From Candidatus Heimdallarchaeota archaeon B3_Heim (lineage in GTDB: Archaea; Asgardarchaeota; Heimdallarchaeia; Hodarchaeales; Hodarchaeaceae), in contig NJBF01000013.1 of assembly GCA_003144275.1 (NCBI GenBank), positions 1 to 32,000 of the forward strand: DNA of 32,000 nucleotides, given 5' to 3'. A program made the position numbers and the translations under genes. Positions 1 to 8,955 of this stretch are shown here, piece by piece (positions within the stretch are counted from its first letter, which is position 1; each line of letters starts with the position of its first letter). Under the pieces are notes generated by a model that was not told the DNA's origin, did not search any database, and saw only the letters and a program-made list of their open reading frames with translations.

Positions 1-301
1 GATTTGGTATTTCATCAGTTTTCTTTGGCTTTGTAGAGGTTTTTTTCTTTGTCGCAGTTTTAGTTGTCTTTTTTGCCGCAGCTTTCTTTCTTTTTGTTGG
101 TTTTGTCTTTGCTGCATTTTTTGTCTTAGCTTTAATTGTCTTCTTTGTTTCAGCTTTCTTTCCTTTCGTTGCTGTCGCCTTTGTTGTCTTTACTGTTTTT
201 TTTGTCGTAGTCTTTGGCGATTTAGACGAATCAACCTCAGTTGATTCCGCTGGGGCAGTTTTTGTCTTACTTGTTGACGCTTTCTTCTTTCGTGGCGACA
301 T
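1..301 (-). CDS. 5' part of a gene with a ~95-aa Lys/Thr/Ala-rich low-complexity N-terminus (runs off the window edge); identity unknown, possibly aIF2-gamma by gene order
   Basis: Not in ORF track. Manual translation from ATG at 301: MSPRKKKASTSKTKTAPAESTEVDSSKSPKTTTKKTVKTTKATATKGKK...KKKTSTKPKKTDEIPN, 100 codons with no stop; GAGG SD-like motif upstream; 20 nt after the rps6e stop. Confidence 0.8.
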   Translation of the reverse strand, partial: MSPRKKKASTSKTKTAPAESTEVDSSKSPKTTTKKTVKTTKATATKGKKAETKKTIKAKTKNAAKTKPTKRKKAAAKKTTKTATKKKTSTKPKKTDEIPN

Positions 302-321
302 AAGAATCCTCGAAGTTTAGT

Positions 322-696
322 TTACAGTAACTCTTCTATCGGGCTACTTCCTCTTTCGGTAATTTTCAGATTAATCTGATAAATATCTTCACTAATCAGA
401 GAACCCCGAACACGTTTTCGTCTTCTCCGCCCTTTCCTTTGTGGTTTGTATCCTACTCCTCTGTGACCGATGAGTATTCGTTTTGGCATTGCACCGTCTA
501 CACCCGGGGCCATTGGAAAACCTGAATGATCAGAACCGCCAGTTATCTTGAATTTATACCCTTCAAAACCAATAGTTGAACCTTCCAGCTCATCCCCAAC
601 GGACATTCCGATTAATGGGCGAGTCATAGAGTCTTCATCTATTTCCTTCTTATAGCTCTGTTTCGCATCAGCTAAATTTAATTGAAATCGAACCAT
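322..696 (-). CDS. rps6e: 30S ribosomal protein S6e
   Basis: LIGMSVGDELEGSTIGFEGYKFKITGGSDHSGFPM...RKRVRG matches the eS6 signature; lies downstream of infB as in many archaea. Confidence 0.96.
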   Translation of the reverse strand: MVRFQLNLADAKQSYKKEIDEDSMTRPLIGMSVGDELEGSTIGFEGYKFKITGGSDHSGFPMAPGVDGAMPKRILIGHRGVGYKPQRKGRRRRKRVRGSLISEDIYQINLKITERGSSPIEELL

Positions 697-965
697 ATTC
701 TCATCTCTTACCTTTTTACAATACTACAGAGGTGTGAATTCCTTGTAACCAATAGTAATATCGCTAACAGGTCAATGGTGTCGTTAGATGTTCTTAAGTT
801 CCAGATTCTTATTTCTTCTTATGAAAGATTTTAAGTCTTTACCGAAGAGCTTTTTCCTATTGGTTAGTTTGTTAGAGAAGAAAAAATGTTACCAATTCCA
901 TTCTACAAATATCTGAGCATTCGCCCAATCTCGTGCAATGAACACATATAGGATACAAACTTTAG

Positions 966-2759
966 TTAAACAGCCCAATATTTATTAACAGTTCTTCGTT
1001 TTATTTCAATTAGATCACTTAAAGCATCCATTTCTGATCCAGATAGAATTTTATCAGCCAATATCTTTCGAGCGTGAATCTCTGGAACATTTACCCAGAG
1101 TTCGTCACCTTCTTTAACTTGACGACCAGCGGTGGGGCCTTTGATAGCAACAGCAACTTGATTACTCACTTGAGCTTTTGGTAAATTTTCTCCACTGTCT
1201 TGAATTTGCAATAGATGTCCAATTACTTTGTTATCACGATTTATTAAGTCCACTTTCGGAGTCAAAATCCCAGATAGGACTTCTACACCTACAATACAAG
1301 GTTTACACTGCCTAAATATGAAGGGAAGAACTTTAATCTTACTTGGTCTAATAATATCTTTCAGGGCTTCTAATTCTTCTTCTTGTTGTACTTTGTATTG
1401 ATATTCTTGGTATTCTTCACTAAGCTGATAGATAATATCACTTTGCAAAATTGGGATTTGTAATCTATTACTTTCTTCTTGTGCATCTTCGAGAACGGTT
1501 GTTCTAAATGCCAATATAATACCAAATGTTTTATCTTTCTCCTTTGCAAGAGAGGCCTGGTAAATATCTTTTTTTGTAACATCACCCACCGCCGCGAAAC
1601 GAATCTGTATACTCGAGTCTCTTAAAAAGTTTACAAGAGCTTCCAGAGAGCCTAAAGCATCAGCTTTCACAATAACACCAGCTTCATCTGTTTCCACTAA
1701 AATACTTGCAAGTTCATCTTCAATTCGTTGAACTGCATCCTTTTCACTTTTTTCAGTAACAACATACAATGAGGATCCTGCAATTGCATCTTCAAGCTCT
1801 GGAGCAACAATTTTCACTCCTATTGCTGCTATTGCTTCATCAACATTTTCAAACTTATTTCTTGGATCACGAATCTCATCTAAATCTTTTGGTAGTAGAA
1901 GTGCCCGTACTTTGGTAGATATCACACCATTTTTTCCTGCTAGCACTATTTGGGAATTATTTCGAATAATACCATCAAATAGAATAACATCAATAGTTGT
2001 TCCAAGCCCTACCTCTTTTTTAACTTCAAGTGCTACTCCTTTTCCACCGTCGAGATGAAGTTCCAGTTGTGTTTTCAGATACTGTTCGGTTAAAGTTGCT
2101 AAGACAAGAAATAGTTCTGGAATACCTTCTCCTGTTACAGCGGAGGTGGGAATTATCGCAATTTTCTTAGCAAAGTTTTTAATTTTATCGTATCTTTCAG
2201 GTTCCAAGTTAAAATGGCTTAATTCAGTCATAATTTCGTAAATGACAGTTTGGAGAGCATTTTGAGCACTAGCAGACTGTTTTTTTAGTGATTGGACAAG
2301 TGATAACTTTGGATAACTTTTCCAGCCAGGTAGTCTATCGATTTTGTTTGCTGCGATTAAGAAGGGTACTTTATTTCTTACTAGAATTCGTAATGATTCA
2401 ACTGTTTGAGGTTGAATCCCCCTCCGTACATCAATTACAAGAATTGAAAAATTGGCTGTGCTGGCTCCTCTTGATCTCAAATTCATAAAGGCTGCGTGGC
2501 CCGGAGTATCAATTATTAGGATTCCAGGTATATGTAATTTCTTCTTCGATTCACCCAATAACTTACCACATAACGCATTAACAGTTTCAATCGGAAAAAA
2601 ACTTGCACCTATATGCTGGGTTATCCCTCCCGTTTCTCGTGCTTGCACTGCCGTGCCTCTTACTTTATCTAGCAAACTTGTTTTTCCCGAATCAACATGA
2701 CCCAAGATAACGGTAATTGGACTCCTCATTAAACTTGTAGACTCGTTTTCTTCCGTCAA
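966..2759 (-). CDS. infB: Translation initiation factor aIF5B (IF-2/eIF5B)
   Basis: LRSPITVILGHVDSGKTSLLD, GGITQHIGA, IDTPGHAAF, NKID, IVKADALGSLEAL; 597 aa, typical archaeal length; TTG start. Confidence 0.98.
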   Translation of the reverse strand: MTEENESTSLMRSPITVILGHVDSGKTSLLDKVRGTAVQARETGGITQHIGASFFPIETVNALCGKLLGESKKKLHIPGILIIDTPGHAAFMNLRSRGASTANFSILVIDVRRGIQPQTVESLRILVRNKVPFLIAANKIDRLPGWKSYPKLSLVQSLKKQSASAQNALQTVIYEIMTELSHFNLEPERYDKIKNFAKKIAIIPTSAVTGEGIPELFLVLATLTEQYLKTQLELHLDGGKGVALEVKKEVGLGTTIDVILFDGIIRNNSQIVLAGKNGVISTKVRALLLPKDLDEIRDPRNKFENVDEAIAAIGVKIVAPELEDAIAGSSLYVVTEKSEKDAVQRIEDELASILVETDEAGVIVKADALGSLEALVNFLRDSSIQIRFAAVGDVTKKDIYQASLAKEKDKTFGIILAFRTTVLEDAQEESNRLQIPILQSDIIYQLSEEYQEYQYKVQQEEELEALKDIIRPSKIKVLPFIFRQCKPCIVGVEVLSGILTPKVDLINRDNKVIGHLLQIQDSGENLPKAQVSNQVAVAIKGPTAGRQVKEGDELWVNVPEIHARKILADKILSGSEMDALSDLIEIKRRTVNKYWAV

Positions 2760-3044
2760 TACGTTCGCTCCAGTACTTCTTCATTATCTTTACAAATCAT
2801 TCTGTATCTTGATCTGAGAAGATGACAAATGAATGAACTTAATATATCATTTCAATTCGCATCATTTTGATAAGCACCCAGTCTCACCTAGATTCAATCT
2901 TAAATGTTGATCCAAGTAGCTTACATGTCATAAAATAGAAAATCCTAACACATTGAATTACTTACCGTTGATTGATGGCGAAAATTTATGACCCTATCCC
3001 AAGTGTATTGATTTGTGTTAGAATTATACGGAGACTGAAACTCT

Positions 3045-3452
3045 TTGCGTAGGGACAATACTCATTATTTCATTTACCCAGAATATTTCGATAAAGCACT
3101 TAAACGCAGCGAAGGACGAAGATTATCTATTGAAGATTCATTGGACAATCCTTCAATATTAGAAATTCGATTAGCGGCAGAAAAATTGGGTCTCAATTAT
3201 GAGATTAGAGAATCTGGGAGCTATCCTCGCCAATGGTGGAATCCAAAGGGCTTAATTCTCGTCGAGAAAAAAGAATCAAAATTAAAGACAATGCGAACTT
3301 TGAGTTTTGAGATTGACAAAAATATTAAACCTGCGCTTGAGAAAAAAAGAAAAGAAGTCAAAGAAGCGAAGAAGAAAAGAAGTTCTAAACCTAAAATCAA
3401 AATATCAAAGAAAAAAAATCAATCAGAATTTCGTCCAAAAAGACGAAGATAA
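3045..3452 (+). CDS. srp19: Signal recognition particle protein SRP19, with basic C-terminal tail
   Basis: IYPEYFDKALKRSEGRR...P...EI..AAEKLGL...SYPRQWW...G.ILVEK is the SRP19 pattern. Confidence 0.93.
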   Translation: MRRDNTHYFIYPEYFDKALKRSEGRRLSIEDSLDNPSILEIRLAAEKLGLNYEIRESGSYPRQWWNPKGLILVEKKESKLKTMRTLSFEIDKNIKPALEKKRKEVKEAKKKRSSKPKIKISKKKNQSEFRPKRRR

Positions 3453-3581
3453 TACTTGAATATAGAATTATTCACTTCTACTGGAATCACAACAAAAAAA
3501 ATCAGAATTTCATGGGTAGTTCAAGCTTAGAAGCAATTGAAAAGGGTTCAACAATGTTTGTATTTTGTTGAGGGGGCTAGA

Positions 3582-4223
3582 ATGCGAAAAAAACGCGATG
3601 TATACACAAAACGAGCAAAACAGGAGGGCCATCGGAGTCGTGCCTACTATAAACTTTTACAGATAGACAAGAAATTCAAGATCTTTAAGCCCAAACAAAT
3701 CGTGATCGACCTTTGTGGGGCTCCTGGCGGGTTTTCTCAAGTAGCTCGTGACTGTACAAAAGGAAATGCTTCTATTATTCTAGTAGATTTTGCTAGAATA
3801 AAATCAATACCAGGAATCAATAAAATTATTAAAGGAGATATCACCCAGCAATCCACCGTTCTTGAAATTCGTGAATCGGTTGAAGAATATTGGTCTACCT
3901 ATAACAGTATTGTTGTTCTCGCTGACTGCTCACCAAATGTATCAGGGAATTGGCCAACCGATCAAGCTATCCAAATATGGTTATCTGATGTTGCTCTTGG
4001 AATCTCCAATTATTTTTTAGCCGCTAAATTTGTTTCCAAGGCGTTTCAAGGAGAATCGTTTAAAAATTTCATTGATAAAATCAAATTGTTTTATACAGAT
4101 GTGAAAATTAACAAACCTCCGACTTCTAGAAAGACAAGTGCTGAAATATATGTCATTGCACAGAAGAGACGTGACCTAGGATTGAAATTATACGATACTA
4201 ATTCACTTCGCGCCGATGAATAA
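3582..4223 (+). CDS. rlmE: RlmE/FtsJ/RrmJ family rRNA 2'-O-ribose methyltransferase
   Basis: SRAYYKL, DLCGAPGGFSQ (SAM loop), LADCSPNVSG, FVSKAFQGE, KPPTSRKTSAEIY give the K-D-K-E tetrad; start moved to ATG 3582 (GAGGGGG SD upstream) from the track's 3537. Confidence 0.93.
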   Translation: MRKKRDVYTKRAKQEGHRSRAYYKLLQIDKKFKIFKPKQIVIDLCGAPGGFSQVARDCTKGNASIILVDFARIKSIPGINKIIKGDITQQSTVLEIRESVEEYWSTYNSIVVLADCSPNVSGNWPTDQAIQIWLSDVALGISNYFLAAKFVSKAFQGESFKNFIDKIKLFYTDVKINKPPTSRKTSAEIYVIAQKRRDLGLKLYDTNSLRADE

Positions 4224-5411
4224 GTGATACAAGTGGAATTTTCAAAAATCATTGAGGGAGGAAAAGAGTACTATGTCCCTTCTCCAATTATTAACAATAG
4301 AATTCCTAGAAAGTCAGATGAAGTGTTTTTCAATCCCCATCAAAAAATTAACCGCGATATTTCCGTCTTAGTTTTGAAAGTATTTGCCAAATTAAATAAT
4401 AATGATAATATTTCAATTTGTGAACCTTTTGGAGGGATAGGTGTCAGAACTTGCCGTTATGCGTTAGAAGTTCCTTCTTCTACTATTCATTACAACGATG
4501 TTAATCCAAAGGCTTTCAGAATTGCTCAACACAATTTTTCACACTTATCAGAGCCGTATAGGGATAAAATTTCTGCTCACAACGGAGAATTCACAGATTT
4601 CCTAAATTCATTATATCTAGATCATCCTATAATGGATTTTATGGATATAGATCCTTATGGTTCACCTATACCCTTTGTACACAGAAGTCTAAAATTCGTT
4701 ACAACACAGGGGTTACTTGCTTTCACAGCAACAGATCTGGCAAGTCTTTCTGGATTATATCCAAGAGCAATGTATGCGAAATACGGTATTGGAATGTTTG
4801 AGGATCGTATCGGTAATGTACATGAGTTAGCTGCACGTTCATTAATTACAGGAATCCAAAGTATAGGTTTAACTCAAAACCAATCTTTACTTCCAGTTTT
4901 CACGCTGTATTACAGGCATTTTATTCGTACATTCATGATTAGAATTCGTGGGGTTGATAAAGTTCTTGATCGAACAGGTTTTCTTTGTAAATGCGATCAT
5001 TGTAATACAATGTTTCAAAGTCCCCTAACTGCAAAAGGAATAGTATGCTCGTTCTGTGAAAGCAATCGAATTCTCAGAGTAGGTCCATTATATCTTGGAA
5101 AACTTCACAATGAGTCTTATTTAACCCCTCTTAACGATGATCCCACTATTAAAAATAAATATAATTCGAAAAATTTGTCGAAGATAATTAATCTAATACA
5201 TGAAGAAAACAAGCTAAATATTCCTTGGTCTTACGATTTACCGCACGTGGCGAAAAAAATCAGTCGACCAATTCCCCCTATGGACTTTATTATAGAAAAA
5301 CTAAACGAATTAGGTTATAAGTGCCATAAAACTCATTATTCTGGTACTAGTTTGAAAACAAATGCAAATTTCTCTGACCTCTGTGAGATAATCAAATTAT
5401 CTAGTGATTAA
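4224..5411 (+). CDS. trm1: tRNA (guanine26-N2)-dimethyltransferase Trm1
   Basis: VFFNP...NRDISV, EPFGGIGVR, IDPYGSP, TATDLA, CxxC/CxxC Zn ribbon, VGPLYLGKL, THYSGTSLKTNA; GTG start abuts the rlmE stop. Confidence 0.95.
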   Translation: MIQVEFSKIIEGGKEYYVPSPIINNRIPRKSDEVFFNPHQKINRDISVLVLKVFAKLNNNDNISICEPFGGIGVRTCRYALEVPSSTIHYNDVNPKAFRIAQHNFSHLSEPYRDKISAHNGEFTDFLNSLYLDHPIMDFMDIDPYGSPIPFVHRSLKFVTTQGLLAFTATDLASLSGLYPRAMYAKYGIGMFEDRIGNVHELAARSLITGIQSIGLTQNQSLLPVFTLYYRHFIRTFMIRIRGVDKVLDRTGFLCKCDHCNTMFQSPLTAKGIVCSFCESNRILRVGPLYLGKLHNESYLTPLNDDPTIKNKYNSKNLSKIINLIHEENKLNIPWSYDLPHVAKKISRPIPPMDFIIEKLNELGYKCHKTHYSGTSLKTNANFSDLCEIIKLSSD

Positions 5412-5525
5412 ATTATCCAAGAAATTATCCGAAAAAAGATTTATTCTCAATTCAAAATACTCCATTCGGAAAAAGAATCACGTCTGCTTCCTTTATTAAT
5501 TGGATGTTACTATCTATAAAATATC

Positions 5526-5638
5526 AGGGACGTAGTCTAGCATGGTTTTAATTGTTTTCTGGATTAACACAGAGACAATGACTAGATGATTCTTGGTTTG
5601 GGACCAAGAGGTCGCGGGTTCGAATCCCGTCGTCCCTA
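5526..5638 (+). tRNA. tRNA-Pro(UGG) with a ~36-nt intron in the D-loop (approx. 5550-5585)
   Basis: Acceptor AGGGACG/CGTCCCT+A73; anticodon arm CTTGG-TTTGGGA-CCAAG (TGG at 5599-5601); T-arm GCGGG-TTCGAAT-CCCGT; D-arm GTCTAGCATGGT...ATGAT interrupted by a hairpin-forming insert; CCA not encoded. Confidence 0.92.
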
Positions 5639-5928
5639 CTTTTCTTATCTTCTCTGAGAGTTTCTAATTTTGAATAAAATTAAGACTATCAATATTATTT
5701 AGTTAATTGAAGTAACATTACTTTTCATGCTCTTACTGGTTAGAAAAAGAATCAGACTTTTATAATATTCTCACACTAATCTTTGTCCCTTAAATGTCTA
5801 TAGAATGATGAGAATAAATTATCGAACCTTCACCAAAAACCTATGATCGTGAAAGTCAGAAACGTTTATGGATCATTAGTGAACGGTTGACTGGAATTCC
5901 AACAAATTGAGGGAGTTTTACATTAGTC

Positions 5929-8064
5929 TTATTCTTGAAGTTCCGCCAAAAGCTCTTCACTAAGCGTTTTCGGAGAGGGAAATTGTATTCGGTTGACAGA
6001 AAGCTCTTGACGTTGAACAGTTTCTTCCTGAACTTCTTGAGTACGTAATTGGATACGGCCTTTAATTTGTACAGTCTTCCCTTCGGATTCTTTCCGCATT
6101 TCTTCGAATATTTGATCATCTGTCTTTCCTTCCTCAACCATCCCTTTAATATCACCGCTTTTAAAACCAGTTAAGATTTCACCTGACATTCCAAAGAATG
6201 TTACTTTAATTGTTCCTGTACCGTCGTCTAGTAATCCACTCACTCTTAAGCGAATAGTTGGATCGACTTTTCCATGTTCTCGACAGCTCCATTCTTCTCC
6301 CTCTTCGGACTGATCTACCTTCTTTTTACAGATAGAACAACCCCAATAATAGGGAGATTGCTGGAATAATCTGATTACCTTTCCCACAACTTCGATAGTA
6401 TCACCATCAGCCTCCTTTGATAATTCAGCTAAATGAGTTTTAATATAATCAATAGAAGCTTGACCAGAATCAGTAATTTGCTCTTTCCTTTCAATTTTTT
6501 GTAGCTCAGAGGGAATATCGCTAAATCCTTGAATCTCACTTTGGAAATTTAGATGAATTTCATTCTGACCCTCTTGGTTTTCACGAATTCCACCGTATAG
6601 TACTTTAATGTAATTTGTGGTTTGAAAGTCAATTTCTTCTAACTTCAGAACGTTTTCATTCCAAGCAACGATTCTTGTTGTTCCTGAGCCATCTTCTAGT
6701 GTTAAAGAACCTACTTTCCCAGTAGAACCATCAGAGCGATTAAATTCTCTGATTTCCGATTTATTTTGTAATATGCCATGAACACACGCAATCCCTTTTT
6801 CGGGATTAAGGGTAGCAATATCATTCAAAGGTGGGTCTACATCAACACTCTCTCCTTCAAGCTCTGAAAATTTTGTATTTGCAGTAGTATGGAGTTCAAT
6901 CGTTTGAAATTTCGATAGTGATACACGAAGATTCTCAATCAAAATTGTTTGATCCTTAAATGTATCGAAATCAGAGTTTGTTTCATTCCAGAGTACAATG
7001 GCTGTTACCCCAGTGTTATCAAAAATAAAAGCACGACGCACACTTCCATTTGATCCATCTTTACGGGAAAATTCACGAATATCATTTAGTGGCCCTTTCT
7101 TCACTTTTACTGACACATATTCGTCCTCAGAACTAATAGCTTCAATGTTTTTCATGGGGGTACTTCTTTGTGTCCCTTCAGGTACAATAGTTTCCTCCAA
7201 AGGCGGTAAAGATTTGTGGCCAATTTTCGTGACATATGTAGAACGCGTAGAATGAATCTCTGGATTTCCATCACGATCTAGTTTTACATTGGCTCCCTGA
7301 ATTAGGAGTTCATCTCCCCGTGTGAAAATAAAGGCTTCCTCTGCTCTTTGATCCCAAAAAACAATTCTTCTGGTAACTCGTTGACCTTTTATGTGTAAAT
7401 TAGCAACACGACCTTCTGTCCCATCAGCTCTGTTAAATGTAACAAGCCGGCCAAGTTTAATAACTGTTCCTTTTGTATCAATTTCTTGAAGTTCTTCGTC
7501 TAGAACATCAAGGTCAATAATCTCGTCTTTTGGATCTGGATAAATATCCTTCTTTACATCTGTTAGAATTTTAATAATCCCACGGTCACCTATATGAAGT
7601 TCTAAGTTTCCAGTCCGTCCCGATTTTGTATAAGCTTGCTTTAGATTAATTATTAACCCACGTTGAAGCTGATTTTCTGATATCTGTTTCGCTTTCATTC
7701 CCCAAAGTATTGTTCTGATGCTATCAGTACCATCATGTAGTAGGATTGGTGCTAATAGTCCTTTTCCTCCCTCTCGTGTAAATTCTATTGGATGAAAGAT
7801 ACGTAGAATAACACCAGATATATTAACTCCTGATAATCCAGGTTCCATTTGTTTTAAGCTTTTAATCGTCAATTCAGGTTGTTTTTTAGTGTCAGGTCTT
7901 CCAAGTGGGACATTAAAATCTTTTGCTATTATATGGGCGGCAGCAATATCGTTTATGAGAAATTCTAATTCTTCTTTTTTCTTGTCGATTTTCTGTTTGA
8001 TATCAGCTCTTGAAAGGCCTGTATGCTGAGAAATCTTCTGAATCAAATCTTCTATGTTAGTCAA
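5929..8064 (-). CDS. rpa: Replication protein A large subunit (multi-OB-fold ssDNA-binding protein with C-terminal Zn-ribbon OB)
   Basis: Helical N-terminus typical of archaeal RPA; repeated OB motifs (F.R.DG..G.V...D.TG...IV.W); CSICKKKV...CREH Zn site; LSVNRI at C-terminus. Confidence 0.92.
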   Translation of the reverse strand: MTNIEDLIQKISQHTGLSRADIKQKIDKKKEELEFLINDIAAAHIIAKDFNVPLGRPDTKKQPELTIKSLKQMEPGLSGVNISGVILRIFHPIEFTREGGKGLLAPILLHDGTDSIRTILWGMKAKQISENQLQRGLIINLKQAYTKSGRTGNLELHIGDRGIIKILTDVKKDIYPDPKDEIIDLDVLDEELQEIDTKGTVIKLGRLVTFNRADGTEGRVANLHIKGQRVTRRIVFWDQRAEEAFIFTRGDELLIQGANVKLDRDGNPEIHSTRSTYVTKIGHKSLPPLEETIVPEGTQRSTPMKNIEAISSEDEYVSVKVKKGPLNDIREFSRKDGSNGSVRRAFIFDNTGVTAIVLWNETNSDFDTFKDQTILIENLRVSLSKFQTIELHTTANTKFSELEGESVDVDPPLNDIATLNPEKGIACVHGILQNKSEIREFNRSDGSTGKVGSLTLEDGSGTTRIVAWNENVLKLEEIDFQTTNYIKVLYGGIRENQEGQNEIHLNFQSEIQGFSDIPSELQKIERKEQITDSGQASIDYIKTHLAELSKEADGDTIEVVGKVIRLFQQSPYYWGCSICKKKVDQSEEGEEWSCREHGKVDPTIRLRVSGLLDDGTGTIKVTFFGMSGEILTGFKSGDIKGMVEEGKTDDQIFEEMRKESEGKTVQIKGRIQLRTQEVQEETVQRQELSVNRIQFPSPKTLSEELLAELQE

Positions 8065-8365
8065 AATATTTCAATCCTCTTTTTTCAGTTTAGTTAGTAT
8101 AATGCGATTTAAAGCCTTCTTGTTTGATAATAAGCATACAACAAAGAAATAGCAGAGTAATTATACCAATTTTTGTATGGATGATTTTTCTTGTTTATAT
8201 GTTAGTCAAAGTATATTCTTGACCTAGCTTATATATTCATAAAAAATGAATATGATAGATTTTGTCTTACTAAAATTGACATAGTTTCCTTTAGTTGATA
8301 TAACGGTAACAAATCAAGGAATTATGATGATTAAAAATCCTTCTGTAGATAATATCAATAGATGA

Positions 8366-8953
8366 TTACCAGTTTTGATATTTAACACCCAATATCCCTA
8401 CAATCAGATTACGAAGCATGTTACGGAATTCACGACACCCATCCTTTGTTTTAAATGAAATAGAATGTACTTCCAATTTTGGAAGGGAGTATGTTGTCAG
8501 AATATCGATGTTCTGTTTTAACAGGGCCGTGTTTACCTTATCTATTTTGTTCATCAGTACAAACGGGGGATATTTCGTTGTTTCGCCTAAAAATTGTATC
8601 ATTTCAATATCGATTGGTATTATCCCTTTTTTTTCTAAATTTTCTGTAACAATATGAAATGTAGATGTATCAATAACATGAATTCCAAAGATTATAGAAT
8701 TGTTAGGCTCATCTAGGAATTGAACGATTTGATCCTTAATTTTATCTTCCAGTGTTCTTGATCGTTTTGTAATTCTCCCAAACCCAGGTAAATCGACTAA
8801 GAAGACATCATTAACTAATTGTATAGGGGCAATTCTTAAGGTTGTTCCAGCTTTTTTTCCAACTGGTCGCCTAGTACGGGCCAAATAATTAATCACAGTT
8901 GTTTTACCAGCATTAGGACGACCTGTTACTGGAATATTGTAGGTAATTTTCAT
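8366..8953 (-). CDS. engB: EngB/YihA/YsxC family GTP-binding protein
   Basis: G1 GRPNAGKT, G2 AGTT, G3 DLPGFG, G4 NKID. Confidence 0.85.
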   Translation of the reverse strand: MKITYNIPVTGRPNAGKTTVINYLARTRRPVGKKAGTTLRIAPIQLVNDVFLVDLPGFGRITKRSRTLEDKIKDQIVQFLDEPNNSIIFGIHVIDTSTFHIVTENLEKKGIIPIDIEMIQFLGETTKYPPFVLMNKIDKVNTALLKQNIDILTTYSLPKLEVHSISFKTKDGCREFRNMLRNLIVGILGVKYQNW

Positions 8954-8955
8954 AA

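Noticed and set aside
1-240. Low-complexity T-rich stretch as a possible DNA repeat or CRISPR remnant
   Set aside because: No fixed repeat unit or spacers; fully explained as Lys/Thr/Ala codons on the minus strand.
697-965. 269-nt spacer between infB and rps6e as a hidden small gene or ncRNA
   Set aside because: Only short motif-less ORFs and no convincing stable structure seen by eye; a covariance-model search would be needed.
1370-2700. Short ORFs within infB (1370-1585, 2288-2488, 2452-2700)
   Set aside because: Alternative-frame shadows of infB.
4224-5638. Trm1 gene directly upstream of a tRNA as an enzyme-substrate pair
   Set aside because: Position 26 of this tRNA-Pro is U (5591), not G, so it is not a Trm1 G26 substrate; adjacency is probably incidental.
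5856-7255. ORFs 5856-6155 and 6998-7255 overlapping RPA
   Set aside because: Alternative-frame or antisense shadows; the basic composition of 5856-6155 reflects the A-rich RPA codons.
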